A stretch of DNA of 63,738 nt, filler included, from Rhabdomonas costata (taxonomy: Eukaryota): the NCBI GenBank assembly GCA_019059605.1. It is 50 parts of 50 records of this genome, joined end to end, with 100 filler letters (N's around TTAATTAATTAA, not from the genome) between each part and the next. Parts side by side here need not be neighbours in the genome. Positions count along the whole stretch, not along the records: positions 37,034 to 38,210 come from JAHMHO010024917.1; positions 38,311 to 39,487 come from JAHMHO010024918.1; positions 39,588 to 40,763 come from JAHMHO010024919.1; positions 40,864 to 42,039 come from JAHMHO010024920.1; positions 42,140 to 43,316 come from JAHMHO010024921.1; positions 43,417 to 44,593 come from JAHMHO010024922.1; positions 44,694 to 45,870 come from JAHMHO010024923.1; positions 45,971 to 47,147 come from JAHMHO010024924.1; 42 more parts are not named here. One strand, given 5' to 3'. Under the pieces are notes generated by a model, which was not told the origin of the DNA, ran no database searches, and saw only the letters and a list, made by a program, of their open reading frames with translations. Position 1 is the first letter of the stretch; the number at the start of each line of letters is the position of its first letter. Below are positions 37,418-49,080 of this stretch, piece by piece. The position numbers and the translations under genes are program-made.

Positions 37418-37851
37418 CATGTTGACACTGCTCTGAGGGTAGAGCGCAAAGCGCAGGTCAAAGGCCCCACTCATCGCGACGACGGCCTTGATTCGAGGCT
37501 CAAAGGCGGCTGTGGTGAAGGGAGACAGAAACCTGCAGCGCATGACGCTTTGGTACATTGCAGTTGTGTGCAGGTACGTTTCGCTGATGACGTTCCCTTT
37601 TTACTCGCCTCGCGAGCGCGTTTGAGCAAGAGAAAGAGAAACCACTACATAAGACGCGCCCTTTTCCAAGTTCGCAGCTTTCTTTTTTTCTTTCATTTGC
37701 TCCAAGGAAACGACCAAACATTCACAAGTACATTGGCAGCAGGGGTGGAAGCGACACCTCCCAATACGGACTGAACTGCCCCGTAAGAGATGCCCAACAT
37801 GCCCACCGCGGAAGCGTTGACAACTCCGTCATAATTTGTCAACACCCAATC
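37418..37851 (-). CDS. Alpha/beta hydrolase, CocE/NonD (peptidase S15)-like, two exons (37851-37758, 37509-37418)
   Basis: DWVLTNYDGVVNASAVGMLGISYGAVQSVLG|AAFEPRIKAVVAMSGAFDLRFALYP contains the G-x-S-Y-G nucleophile elbow and the PRIKAVV strand. Confidence 0.85.
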
Positions 37852-38376
37852 CTGCAAAGAGGCGGCCAAAAGGGGAGCAAGGCAAAAGTACAAATCTCGC
37901 GAAATTCACAAGGAGAAAGGAGAGTGAACAGCTCTCGGGTGCTAAAAAAAGCTGCAATGATGGGGGTTCTTTCTGATTAGTTTATCTGTGTGCGGCCTTT
38001 TCTGTAAACAAAACTCTTTGAGCTAATTTAAATATATTTGTAAAAGCACACCACTCAGCAACCTTCGATGCCGCTTTTCCGCTATAAGTGCCTGGCAGTC
38101 CCCAATTTTTCCGGGAAAGAATTTCCGATCTGTCTTCTTCTTCTTGGTGATTGCAATCTTGTTCAGCACCTGTGCTTGTAACTGAGAGGCGCAAGATGAG
38201 AAACCCAACANNNNNNNNNNNNNNNNNNNNNNNNNNNNNNNNNNNNNNNNNNNNTTAATTAATTAANNNNNNNNNNNNNNNNNNNNNNNNNNNNNNNNNN
38301 NNNNNNNNNNGGTGTGGGGGGGTTGTGTGTGTGCGTACCTACGCAAGATGACATGTGTTTGTGGGGTTAGTCTGCA

Positions 38377-38574
38377 GTGAAGCGAGCGGCGGCGCGGCGG
38401 CGGGCGGAGGACCGTGAGGCTGCGCTGTGCGTGGTGTGCCTGGAGCGGAAGTGCGCGATTCTGCTGCTGCCGTGCCGCCACCAGACCCTCTGCGAGCCCT
38501 GCGCGGGCACCTTGACCCGGTGCCCGCTGTGCCGCACCCCGATCGAGGACCGCATCAAGCCCTTCGGATTGTAA
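38377..38574 (+). CDS. Terminal exon with a C3HC4 RING finger (IAP/MGRN1-type)
   Basis: CVVCLERKCAILLLPCRHQTLCEPCAGTLTRCPLCRTPI, then stop; preceded by a ctgcag acceptor. Confidence 0.95.
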   Translation: MKRAAARRRAEDREAALCVVCLERKCAILLLPCRHQTLCEPCAGTLTRCPLCRTPIEDRIKPFGL

Positions 38575-41068
38575 ATACCCGTAATCCCCCTGTCGCTTCC
38601 GCGGCTCCTTGAGCTGGAGTGATTCTTTCCGTGGCTGCACGTAGGCCGGTTGTTTGCCTCGTTTCCTCCTCTCCTGTTGCCTTCCTAATACTCCAAGCCT
38701 CGTGGGTTTTCTCCGAAGTGGAGACAGCGCTTCAAAGAGTCACAGACGTGCAACGTGCACACTGGTTGCACACCGCACGGTCTTTCATCCACCTAGGGAT
38801 GTGTGTCCATTGCTAGAGCGCCAGCAGATCGAACTGTACAGTAGGTTGGGTTCAGTCCTCGGAGAAAGGACCCATGATGGCGGCGTCCCTTCCCCGTGAT
38901 GCTGTGGTGGTGAGCTGTCTTCAGTCCAAGATCGGCTGGACTTATTAGCACCTGGCCATGGTTGTGTCCTCTCCTTTTGATTTCTCGCGTCATTCTCTCT
39001 GCATGGTTTGGGATTCACTGATTCACCGCCTTTAAGAACTGAGAGCGAGTGTGCCCTCTCTGTGGATGGTAGGGTAGGATACGTGCTGATGGCGGTGGGC
39101 TTCTGCCACCCCACCGCAGTCTCGGCGATGGTGTAAATAGCTGCGTTCTGGTGCTTCTGTTTTTCTTTTCCCCGCTGCATTGCTGCGTTCGTGTTCCCTT
39201 GCTGCTGTTTTCGTGCAGCGGTCTTCGTGAGCGAATGCGGAAACCTCGGAGCTCTCGTTGCGTGGCCTTTGTGCTGTGCTTCGCGAGCACACTGGCGATT
39301 TATGCTCGGTGAGGACGCCTTAAACATGCAATGCGTTGTGGGTTGTGTCCCTTTCTTTCTGTAAAGAAACTCGGATCCTTCAGCTTAAGCTCGTGCCTGT
39401 AGTGCTGACGACCTGTGAGCATTAACAGCTTCTCCCCATGCGCGCGCACTTTATCGATCCGTCATCGTGGTTACAGTACCCAAACAANNNNNNNNNNNNN
39501 NNNNNNNNNNNNNNNNNNNNNNNNNNNNNNNTTAATTAATTAANNNNNNNNNNNNNNNNNNNNNNNNNNNNNNNNNNNNNNNNNNNNGTTGGGGGGGGGG
39601 GCAGCCACTCGTTCGTTGCGTAGGCTGTTCCCGGATACACACCTCTCTTCATACATGCTTTGGATAACCACTTGTTCAGTGGGGTAAATCCATGCAGATG
39701 AGCAACCCGATCAAGCAAAAATCAGCAGAGTCTCATTTCTTTCCCTATCCGAGCCCTCAATCACATTTGAGTACCAGTGGATAGGGGTACTTATTAAGTG
39801 ATGCTTATTAAATAATGCTTATTAATACAGCACTATTCTTTCCCCTTCCCTATTCGCCCAGGTGCGGTGACTTTCGCAGCGGAAACAAGCATCTGCACAA
39901 CAATTATGGACAAGACGGCATAGAAGTCTGAAATCTGGAATTCGCACATAAACATACACTGGCGGAAAGCTGCAAAAAACTCAACCGCCCTGCAGTCTAC
40001 ATCGGGACCCAGCACAACAAAATGGCTCCAACGACTTTTTGTCTTTGGGTAGTTTGTAGTGCTTTTCAAAAAAAAGTATTTCATAATCTCAGATTGCAAA
40101 CCCCACCACAACACGGGAGGAGGTGGGTGTGCCGCACCAAGACTTGGCCCCCGAGACTCCGTAACCGGATCAGGGTGGAGCTAACCTGTGAGGGCGAAAG
40201 CCTTCATCTTTTTTTTTTTTTGCTGAAGAAGCGATCAGGGCCCTTCCTCTTCTCAGCGCAGTAAATGGGAAAATCACAGAATGCCGAGAGAGAGATGTGT
40301 TAAGCAACGCCCCTATCCCCGACTCCGCAAACCCCATCGGGAAGAAAAACGCTGGGGCGCGGAGGTGTGACGCACAAAAGAAGGGAAAGGAAGTATGAAA
40401 AATGGCATGGGGCAGAAAGCAGCAGGATTACAAGAAGCGGAGAGGGGGTTGCAAGGGTCGTATTGCACAAACCCCTTTCCCTGCAAGGCGCGACAAGTTG
40501 AGGAAAGCTCGCTCAGGCAGACACCATCGAACACAAACCAACTCCAGGGGTGGTGCTCAAAAGGTCCACATCTGTCAAAGCACCAGATTTCTATGTGCAC
40601 ACAGCCCTGCAAAGGGCAACTATAGAGGGAAATCTTTCAGCAAGTAAAATGAGAAAAAAGATAGAGCTCAGATGTGAAAAGAGTCCATCCCCTGAATGTA
40701 GTCGAAAAGCTACAAGCCACCACCACCACCAATCGCTGCCTATCCATTCGTTGCCTGCATTCTNNNNNNNNNNNNNNNNNNNNNNNNNNNNNNNNNNNNN
40801 NNNNNNNTTAATTAATTAANNNNNNNNNNNNNNNNNNNNNNNNNNNNNNNNNNNNNNNNNNNNGGTTTGTCGCGTTCCTATGTAATATATTGTTTCCTCC
40901 CCTTCCTGTATTCCTCTATTTGCTTTGAGTTTTGCTTCTGTGGTTTGTATTTTTTGCTAGCTGCTGCTGAACGCCTGACATTGTTGATGAAAAGCTGCAT
41001 GTAATTTTTGTGCGACTCTCTCTCTCTCTCTCTTTCTCTCCGCTTTGGTTTTCTATTCTTTTTCTCAG

Positions 41069-41235
41069 TGATTCTTGGCGTGATTGAGAATACTCAGGAC
41101 AACCGCGAGAAGGCCACCGCGGCGCTGATGGATATGCAGCGGCAGCGCGTCGACAAGCACCTCCCGCGCTCTATGAAGCTGATCCTGGACCTGGCCGGGC
41201 TCAGGGTCGAGGTCCAGGAGAGGATGGCGGCGAAG
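41069..41235 (+). CDS. Internal exon of a hypothetical helical protein
   Basis: Long polypyrimidine tract with ctcag acceptor and a GT donor; ILGVIENTQDNREKATAALMDMQRQRVDKHLPRSMKLILDLAGLRVEVQERMAAK. Confidence 0.65.
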
Positions 41236-43018
41236 GTTCGGGCCCTTTCCCTTCTGCCGCGCTACTGTGAGGAATTTTTTTGGGGATAGAGTTTACTGGG
41301 ACACAGTTTTATTTAGGTTTCCTTTTTCTGTTTGGTCACTTTTTTTTTGGAGGGAGTGAGTGTTAAACGGTATTAGAACGCAATGCGGTCGTTTGACAGA
41401 AGGCGTACATCGGGGTCTTTTTTCTGATTATTTCCTCTGATTGGAATTTACTTTTTATTGCTGAGCTTTGGAGGAGGAATAGGGCAGTATCTTTGGGGGA
41501 GAAGGCTGCGCCATGTAGCCAGTTGGCTGCGCCGCGGGAGCGGGCGGCTGATGGGGGGGGACGGTGTCTATGAAAGATTTGGGATGTGACAACGCACCAA
41601 TAGCTATGCACGTTTGGGATCATGAAGCGAACAACAGCGTTGGCCCTTGTAACCATGTTATACCAAAATTCCTTTACGCACAGTGCGACAGACTCTTTCT
41701 TTTCCTCAGCCTGCTTTCACACCACCCAGGAAAAATTCGAATGGCTTTGTCCTCCAGTGAAATTGCAGGAGTGCTGAGCACTTAAAACTGAGGCGCTGTT
41801 TTCTCTTTTTCTCTGTGGTATGCATTGCCGCATGAGAGAATCCGGTGGCACATTCAGAAGTAGAGTTAAAAAGCCGCGACAAGACGAGAGCTCTTCAAAA
41901 GGACTGAGTTGCCTCCCGCTTCCATAACGGGGTACGTTTTCTGGCTTTTATGCCCTTTTCACCTCCAAATGTCAGTAAACCGTCACTGAGCGAACGTATT
42001 AAGCACAAGTGCATCGGTCTGCGATGTTGTACAACCAAANNNNNNNNNNNNNNNNNNNNNNNNNNNNNNNNNNNNNNNNNNNNTTAATTAATTAANNNNN
42101 NNNNNNNNNNNNNNNNNNNNNNNNNNNNNNNNNNNNNNNTTTTGGGTTTCGGCAGCTAGTGACATGGCATTCTCTCGAGACACGCGACTTAAAGGAGGGG
42201 GGAGGTTCAGGAAACTTTCCGCCCTTTTCCGACATTAAAACAACTAGTGTCGCTACATCTCGCCTTTGAAGTTCCGTAGTCAGGTTTGCAGAATTATGGT
42301 TTCAGCTGTAACTATCACTTTTGACCCGCGCCATTTCTGAGCTGCCGCCGCACCATCAGCCACTGCACTAAACTAAGGGCCAGGCAAAGCCCGAAAACGC
42401 TACCGCACAGGGGAGCGGTAAAGCCCCGAGGCAGCCAACAGCGAGAACGGAAAGGCCACCGAAAAGCGCGCCAGTGGTGGCAAAGAAAAGGACTGGATTT
42501 GCATTCCTCTGCCGCTACGTCGTCGTTTTTCTCTCCCGGTGGACTGGTTGCAAAATGTTTCCGCACCTTCTGCATCCTTGCGCTGCAATAGGACACTCAG
42601 AGGTATTGTATACCTCTTATGATTCTTGTGGCTCTGGTTTTTTGTGAGTGCAAGTACCACATGCGCGGAGTAGGCCTACCAGGGCTGTAACAAAAAACCT
42701 GGTTGGTTAGCAAATGTTTCAACCATGGTTATAGCCACGGTTATAATCGGTCCTGGAGGGAAAAGAACTGGTTTTTGTTAGCTCATATGGGATTTTTTCT
42801 TTGCTTTGTGCATCAACACGCACACAAAAGATAGTGGTCCTTTCTTTTTTGTTGTGCACCATCTCCCTCACTCTCCTCTCCTGGCTCCCAGGAGATTGTG
42901 TCTGCGGTGTTGCTCCTGAATTGCGCCCCACTGCTGCTATGCGCATTGGTGGTGAACTTCCCAGAGTGCCAGTTCCAAGCATGTGATTGCCCCACATCGC
43001 CCTTCTCTGACTCCACTC

Positions 43019-43151
43019 CACTTTCGTTCGACGTTCGCTATGCGGCTTTCTTTTTGAAGAAGCAGAAAATGCGGCCCTGCGGCAACAGGGGACACTTTCG
43101 TTCGACGTTCGCTATGCGGCTTTCTTTTTGAAGAAGCAGAAAATGCGGCCC
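43019..43151 (+). repeat. Exact 59-bp direct repeat (43019-43077, 43093-43151)
   Basis: cactttcgttcgacgttcgctatgcggctttctttttgaagaagcagaaaatgcggccc occurs twice with a 15-bp spacer. Confidence 0.95.
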
Positions 43152-43719
43152 GGGATTGTCAGCACAGTGACGGGAACTGCAGCAGGCAAACTTGGCAAGA
43201 AAAAAAGCACACAGAAGAGACACAGCAAAAGAGTCACCGTTACACTCAGAATGGGCAGCGGGGGTTTGAGGTAAGTCCGACGGCCCCGGGCGCGCGCACG
43301 CACTCACACAACACACNNNNNNNNNNNNNNNNNNNNNNNNNNNNNNNNNNNNNNNNNNNNTTAATTAATTAANNNNNNNNNNNNNNNNNNNNNNNNNNNN
43401 NNNNNNNNNNNNNNNNGGTTTGTGGTACAACGTGTGGTTTTTCTTCGGGAGGGGGGCTGTCGGTGCGAAACACGAAAAACTTCGACCCAGTGTAGTGCTC
43501 CTCAGAGAGGGAATGGAAAAATAAACGAGAAAGGTTTCGTTTTATATTTATCTGGCATAACTAAAAATGACGGGCCACAAGACAAAGGCGGAAGTCAAGA
43601 AGTAGTCACTGGAAGAAACCGTCTCGTACACAACACAACAACACAATGAAAGGATCAGCCTCATCAGGGAGGTTCTGACGCCACTGGAACTCCTTGACAT
43701 TAGCCTCTCCCCAGGTTCC

Positions 43720-44522
43720 CTCAATTGATGGAACCCCAGGTTCCATCAATCCCCTGGGTGGGCACTACTCGAACCTTTCCCCATAGTCGTTGCCTCCGAA
43801 CAAACTCTGGAATGGTCAACAGAAGACCACTTCAAGTGTCGCTCCCTGCAAGAGACTCATAAGCGCGAGCCCCGTCAGTGTACAGGATAGAACCATCTGC
43901 AACTTTGTCCACAAGAGGGCGGACATTTTCAATGGTTGGAGGACCAAACCTCCTTTCATCACAGTCCTTTTGGAGCTTGTCATAAGCCTCTATGAAGATC
44001 CGTCCGGTGGACCTCTCAAAAAGACCGCGGAAATCACCCTTGACATCAGTATCATGGCCACGAAGGCCCTTTCTTTTCCTCCCAATATCACATTCATCAG
44101 CCTCGACCTCCAAATCTTTTCCTCCAAAGGGCTTCCTGTCAGCATGAGCCGCCTCAAAGTTCATCACACAGACCCTGAACCTTGAAGACCAGGTTGACAC
44201 GGTCGGGGCGCTCAGACCAAGCATATTAGTACTACGAGTACTGGCGCAGTCATTAGCCCAGAAATACGCCATATAAATCCATTTTTTTGTTTCAAGGAGT
44301 GAGTTGAAGACTCCAGAATGGAGAAAGACTTGGCGTAGATCTTCTTTCGACAAGCGCAGCACCTTCTGTAGGTCGAAGATCCATTCTTGCCTTGCATACA
44401 TCACCCAAAGAGCCCCCACACTCACATGCAGAAACCTCTCTCAAAACACCATACCCTTCCAAAAATTTCTTCAGTTTTGCCTCGTCCTCGCACAGAGCCT
44501 CAAGGTCAAACAGAGAAAACAT
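43720..44522 (-). mobile_element. Merlin (IS1595/ISXO2-like) DDE transposase, frameshifted pseudogene
   Basis: N-terminal zinc ribbon (CECGG...RCCACRK), then FGGKDLEVEADECDIGRKRKGLRG, GLFERSTG and GSILYTDGARAYESL; after frameshifts SVDHS...FV...PTQGIDGTW, equivalent to VNHS..HTN.IEG.W. Confidence 0.9.
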
Positions 44523-46221
44523 AGCTAAAAAGAGGAAGGAAGCATCGCTACCTAACCCTAAGAAAGTTGCTGGGGGGGCTCCGCCCCCAACCCNNNNNNN
44601 NNNNNNNNNNNNNNNNNNNNNNNNNNNNNNNNNNNNNTTAATTAATTAANNNNNNNNNNNNNNNNNNNNNNNNNNNNNNNNNNNNNNNNNNNNTTGTTTT
44701 GGTTTCCGGCTATCGGCATGGCTGCTCCGCCCTAAAATCCGGAAACCAAAACCGAGGGAAAGAACCTCGGAACAAGGAATCGGGATAAAATCCCCCACAG
44801 CATCGCCAATGGGATGAGGCTTCAATTTCGGCGGCCGCCGAGGAGCAGAATGCAAGCAGGAAAAAGGGCCGCAACAAGTAAGTCGGGCAGAAGGTGCCCC
44901 AGGTGTGGATGTCCAACCGGGGTATGGTGGGACCGGCGCTGGAATGCCAATAAAAAAGCCCCTTCCTACTGTTGCCTTGCCGTGCTTGCTGTGATGTCCT
45001 GCTTGCAGTACTGTGTGCACCCTGCACCCTGTTAGTGGTTACGTTTTGTTGTCTTTGATTTCTCGTCTTTTCCAAGGCCTTTCCGGGCCCAAATGAGCTA
45101 GAGGGCAGGAAAATCACGGGGGCAAAGCAAATTGGGTTCCGGGACAATGGGGTGGCAATTCCATGCGGAACGTGCTCGTTCGGTTTAACTTTTCATTTGG
45201 TTTCGATTTCGCTCCAATTTTCTTCTGGCTGATCTTCGGCCGGGCACCTTTGCCTTGATCGGTGTCTCTTTGTGTTGGCCGGGTTTGTCCCCGTCGTTGT
45301 ATTAGAATTTTTCCCGGACTGATCGACTGGTTCCGCTAAACCACGTTCAATTGTTCTTCGTTCGTTTGGTTTGCGCGAAGTGCCTGACGGAGGATGCCCA
45401 ACGAACTCCTTTACCTACTTTTTGCAGTGCGGAGGTTGGTTCAAACCTTTTTGAAAATCAAACAAATCGCACATATTCAAAAGCCGCCCTAATTCTTTTA
45501 CTTTAACTCGGACTACCTGAAAAGTTAGGCGACAAAATTAAGCAGCGAAAGCGATACCATCACAGAGGACTTAATCGAAGCAGTGGTGCCCCATGGTGGC
45601 GCAGCAACCGCTCAGCATTTTGCCTGTCTGTGCGCCCAATCCTGCTCCATCTTGTCATGCTCGATGACCAAAGCATAGGTGCATTTAATATCTGATTCTT
45701 ATCTGCTTCTTGTTTCAGTTTAATTTGGAAAGGAAGGCAATGCAATACTAAGCCACCGCACCACCACATAGGCGCCCAACCCCCAAGGCGGGGAGGCACA
45801 GGGCGTCCTTCAGTGCAGCCATCCGTCCGCGGAGATATATACGGACAGACTCTCTCTGGGAAAAACAAAANNNNNNNNNNNNNNNNNNNNNNNNNNNNNN
45901 NNNNNNNNNNNNNNTTAATTAATTAANNNNNNNNNNNNNNNNNNNNNNNNNNNNNNNNNNNNNNNNNNNNGTTGTTGATTTCCGTTATAGCGTATATTTG
46001 TCTGTGTAGGTGATTGTGTGTCATGTATATGTGTGGCACGCCAGCCACGGCTGCAACGGTTGGCCCTGCGTTTCGCAGACGCGACGATGACACTCGGTAA
46101 GTTGCGCAGTACAATTTTGAAGCACACCCACTGTGCATACCGCTTAAGCTCTCTGTTGGAACCCGACACTTTCCCATCTTCAGCTGTGGATGTGGACGTT
46201 GCCATTTATTCATTGATTTAG

Positions 46222-46924
46222 CTGTCCTTCGAGGCGAGCTGCGAGGAGGTTTTGCCACCGCTGGTCGCCTTGAGTAGTGGGGCCCGGGACCTCCTCAGCT
46301 GTCCGCACTTCAAGACGCTGCTCGGGATGGTGCTTTGCGTGGGAAACTTCCTGAACGGCTCGGCCCAAGCCAGCCACCAGAGCCGGCTTGTGCACGGTAT
46401 CTTCGGCTTTCCCGTTTCAGGGAACCCAGGCAGAGCATGCGAATAATTGTCGTCACCTTGGGAAAATCCACCAAAAGGCTATCCTGTGGTTCCCAAAGAG
46501 TGCTGTAATTTGACTTGCTGCAAGTTGTACCTACGTTCACATCCTCACGAATGTTTGGGATTGGGGATGGAGGCGTTGAAGCGATTTGGAACATATCCTT
46601 GCATTATGACAGCGTCATTTTGTGTGGGTCTCATGTGAGTGAGTGAGTGGCACTACCGGTGACGGTGACGCGTTCCGTTTCATTCCCCTGGGACGGGAGA
46701 CGGACCCTTTGCACCCCCCTCCTCCCGACGTGATTCCTTGGACTTCAGGGTTTCGCCTACAGTCTCTGCTCAAGCTTGCGGACATCAAGGCCGCGGAAGG
46801 CGGGGGTAGTCATGCGGCAGCACAGCCCTCTCTTCTAGACTTTCTTGTGGAGTGGACCGCCCGTGACTTTCCGGCGCTGCTACAGTTTCCCAAAGGCCTC
46901 TCGACAGTCCACGAGGCTGCAAAG
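46222..46924 (+). CDS. Formin FH2 domain, two exons (46222-46396, 46749-46924)
   Basis: FKTLLGMVLCVGNFLNG...H|GFRLQSLLKLADIK...SLLDFLVE...PALLQFPKGLSTVHEAAK contains canonical GNxMN and GF.L..L.KL.D.K motifs; GT-AG intron. Confidence 0.95.
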
Positions 46925-47436
46925 GTTTCTTTGTCTTCGAGTGTTCATATTTTTCAGATTTTGTTTGCCTAAGGTGATTCTTGTTTTGGCCATGTATTGC
47001 TTTTTCTAATTTCCCTGTGGCTGCCTTTCAGCTTTCCATTTTTACATCCTTTTCGTTCTTTCTTGCCTTGTTGCGGTTGTTTTAATGTTAGTCACTGAAC
47101 ATTTTCGGCTTTTTCGTTGAATTCTCAACCCAACCCGATGAACTGCGNNNNNNNNNNNNNNNNNNNNNNNNNNNNNNNNNNNNNNNNNNNNTTAATTAAT
47201 TAANNNNNNNNNNNNNNNNNNNNNNNNNNNNNNNNNNNNNNNNNNNNTTGTTGGTGGGAAATTCTGTGCAATCTTGGCTGGTTTGCGAGCGTGGTGATTC
47301 CTCAGGTCTTAGGGCGCACTTGGTAGTGTTGCTGCGTGCTCATGGGTTGGTGCAATTATTCGCCTTGATATGTGGAAAGCTCGGAAATTCTGTGCATATT
47401 TGGTGGTATAAAGCGTGAAACCGCCCAAACACTGAC

Positions 47437-47675
47437 CATTGTCTGAGCAGCACCCTGGATCACCACCAGAAGGTCTTCCACGGCGGGTTCCAATCTCCTC
47501 AGCAGCAGGTCTGCCATCGCGCCGGCCAGCCCCTGAGCTGCCTCCGTTCCGGCAGCCCCGCGGGGCACCCCTGCGAGGAGGTGAGCCAGGGCCTTGACTT
47601 GAGCTCGGAAGCTCAGGTTGAGGAACTGGAAGCTTCCCGCGGAGGCCTCGCAGACGGGCATTAGCGCGGTTGAGC
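47437..47675 (-). CDS. Internal exon of a hypothetical Ala/Leu-rich helical protein
   Basis: Bounded by ccgcag and gtcagt; STALMPVCEASAGSFQFLNLSFRAQVKALAHLL...LLVVIQGAAQTM. Confidence 0.5.
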
Positions 47676-48524
47676 CTGCGGTGATCCAAGACATTGGGGG
47701 GGGGGGTGAACAGGCTCGATGTACGATGGTCCGGCGGGTGAGATGCACGCGGCGCCGCGGGACTGGGCGTGGCAAGAGAAGCATAACATTATGTGTATTG
47801 GCAGCACATATGAGCACGCCCATCTTCCACTGTCAGGTTACGATACCGGCGGCACGTTTTTTATAGGCCAAACAGATGCGAACGGATGCAACTTGTCCAA
47901 ACTTTAACAGGATGGACTGCTCACATGCTCTAGCATGGATGAGACCACATGTTCGGCTTCTCTCTGTTGACCATTCCACGTGTGGTGAAGTAATATGGAC
48001 GAGCGCAATCAGGGAGTGTGTATGCGTCTGTATGATTTTGATGATAACACTCAGAGGGCACTGATCTAATCAGAACAAAAGAGCAAAGACAGGGCTAAGC
48101 CAAAGCAGGCCGGAGTGTTTATATAAGCAGCAGGCCTCCTGAAACGTTGCGTGGCTGGTCCTTGGGGCCATTAGGGTGATCTGCCACGTTTGCGTATCCA
48201 AATAATACAGAGCACCCTGCAGTTGCGTTGTCATTGAAAAGCGGCTGCGCCCGAGCTGCCTGTGCTTTGTGTTTCCAAGTGAAAGTGGGAAAGGCCAATT
48301 AAGGCCATACAAACATGAAAAACGAAAGCAGCCTCCCTCGGTTTCAAACAGAAAGCAGATTTCCATACATGCGGTCAGTTCTTCCACGCCGAGCTCGGGC
48401 AGGCGACCTGTGCACGTGTCGGCANNNNNNNNNNNNNNNNNNNNNNNNNNNNNNNNNNNNNNNNNNNNTTAATTAATTAANNNNNNNNNNNNNNNNNNNN
48501 NNNNNNNNNNNNNNNNNNNNNNNN

Positions 48525-49080
48525 GGAGGTGTGTTCGTTGGTGTGGGTTTAGGGCTCTGTGTGTCGGTGTTGGTATGGAGTGTGTTGCTAGTGCTTGGTG
48601 TGTGTTACGGTGTCCTGTGCTGGTGCTACGCTTTGTTTGTGTTCCTGTTGGGTTCCTGCTGTGGGGTTCTGTGTCGGTTGGTGGCTAGTGCGATGTTAGT
48701 GCTTGGTGTTACGCTGTCTCTGTTAGTGCTTACGGTGTGGTTGCTGCTGGTGGTGATGTAGGTTGAGGCTGGAGGGTTATTGGTTGAGGCGATACAGTGT
48801 GTGAGTGGTATCGATGGCCTGGTAGTGCCTTCTTAGTGCTTCGTGTGTCAGCCATGCTCTCTTGCACCTTCTGTAGTGGTTCTAGGGGTTCTGTGTCACG
48901 GTCTCTGTCTGTAGTGCTTGGTTAGTGTATGCATGTGTCTCTGTGTCTCAAGTGCTGTCTTAGTGCATGTTTGTTGGAGGGATGTTGAGGTGTGATGCTC
49001 TTGGGGTGTCGATGCGTAGTGTTGGTGAAGTGCATGATGTTCCTGCTGTGTGTGTTACTCTGTCTTAGTGCTATGTATGT
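48525..49080 (+). repeat. G/T-rich low-complexity tract with a recurring TAGTGC motif
   Basis: Strong strand asymmetry; about 9 irregularly spaced tagtgc copies. Confidence 0.7.

Noticed and set aside
42586..42601. Minus-strand tctgagtgtcctatt resembling the euglenid spliced leader core
   Set aside because: Short imperfect match with no following T-tract or GT donor; chance is likely.
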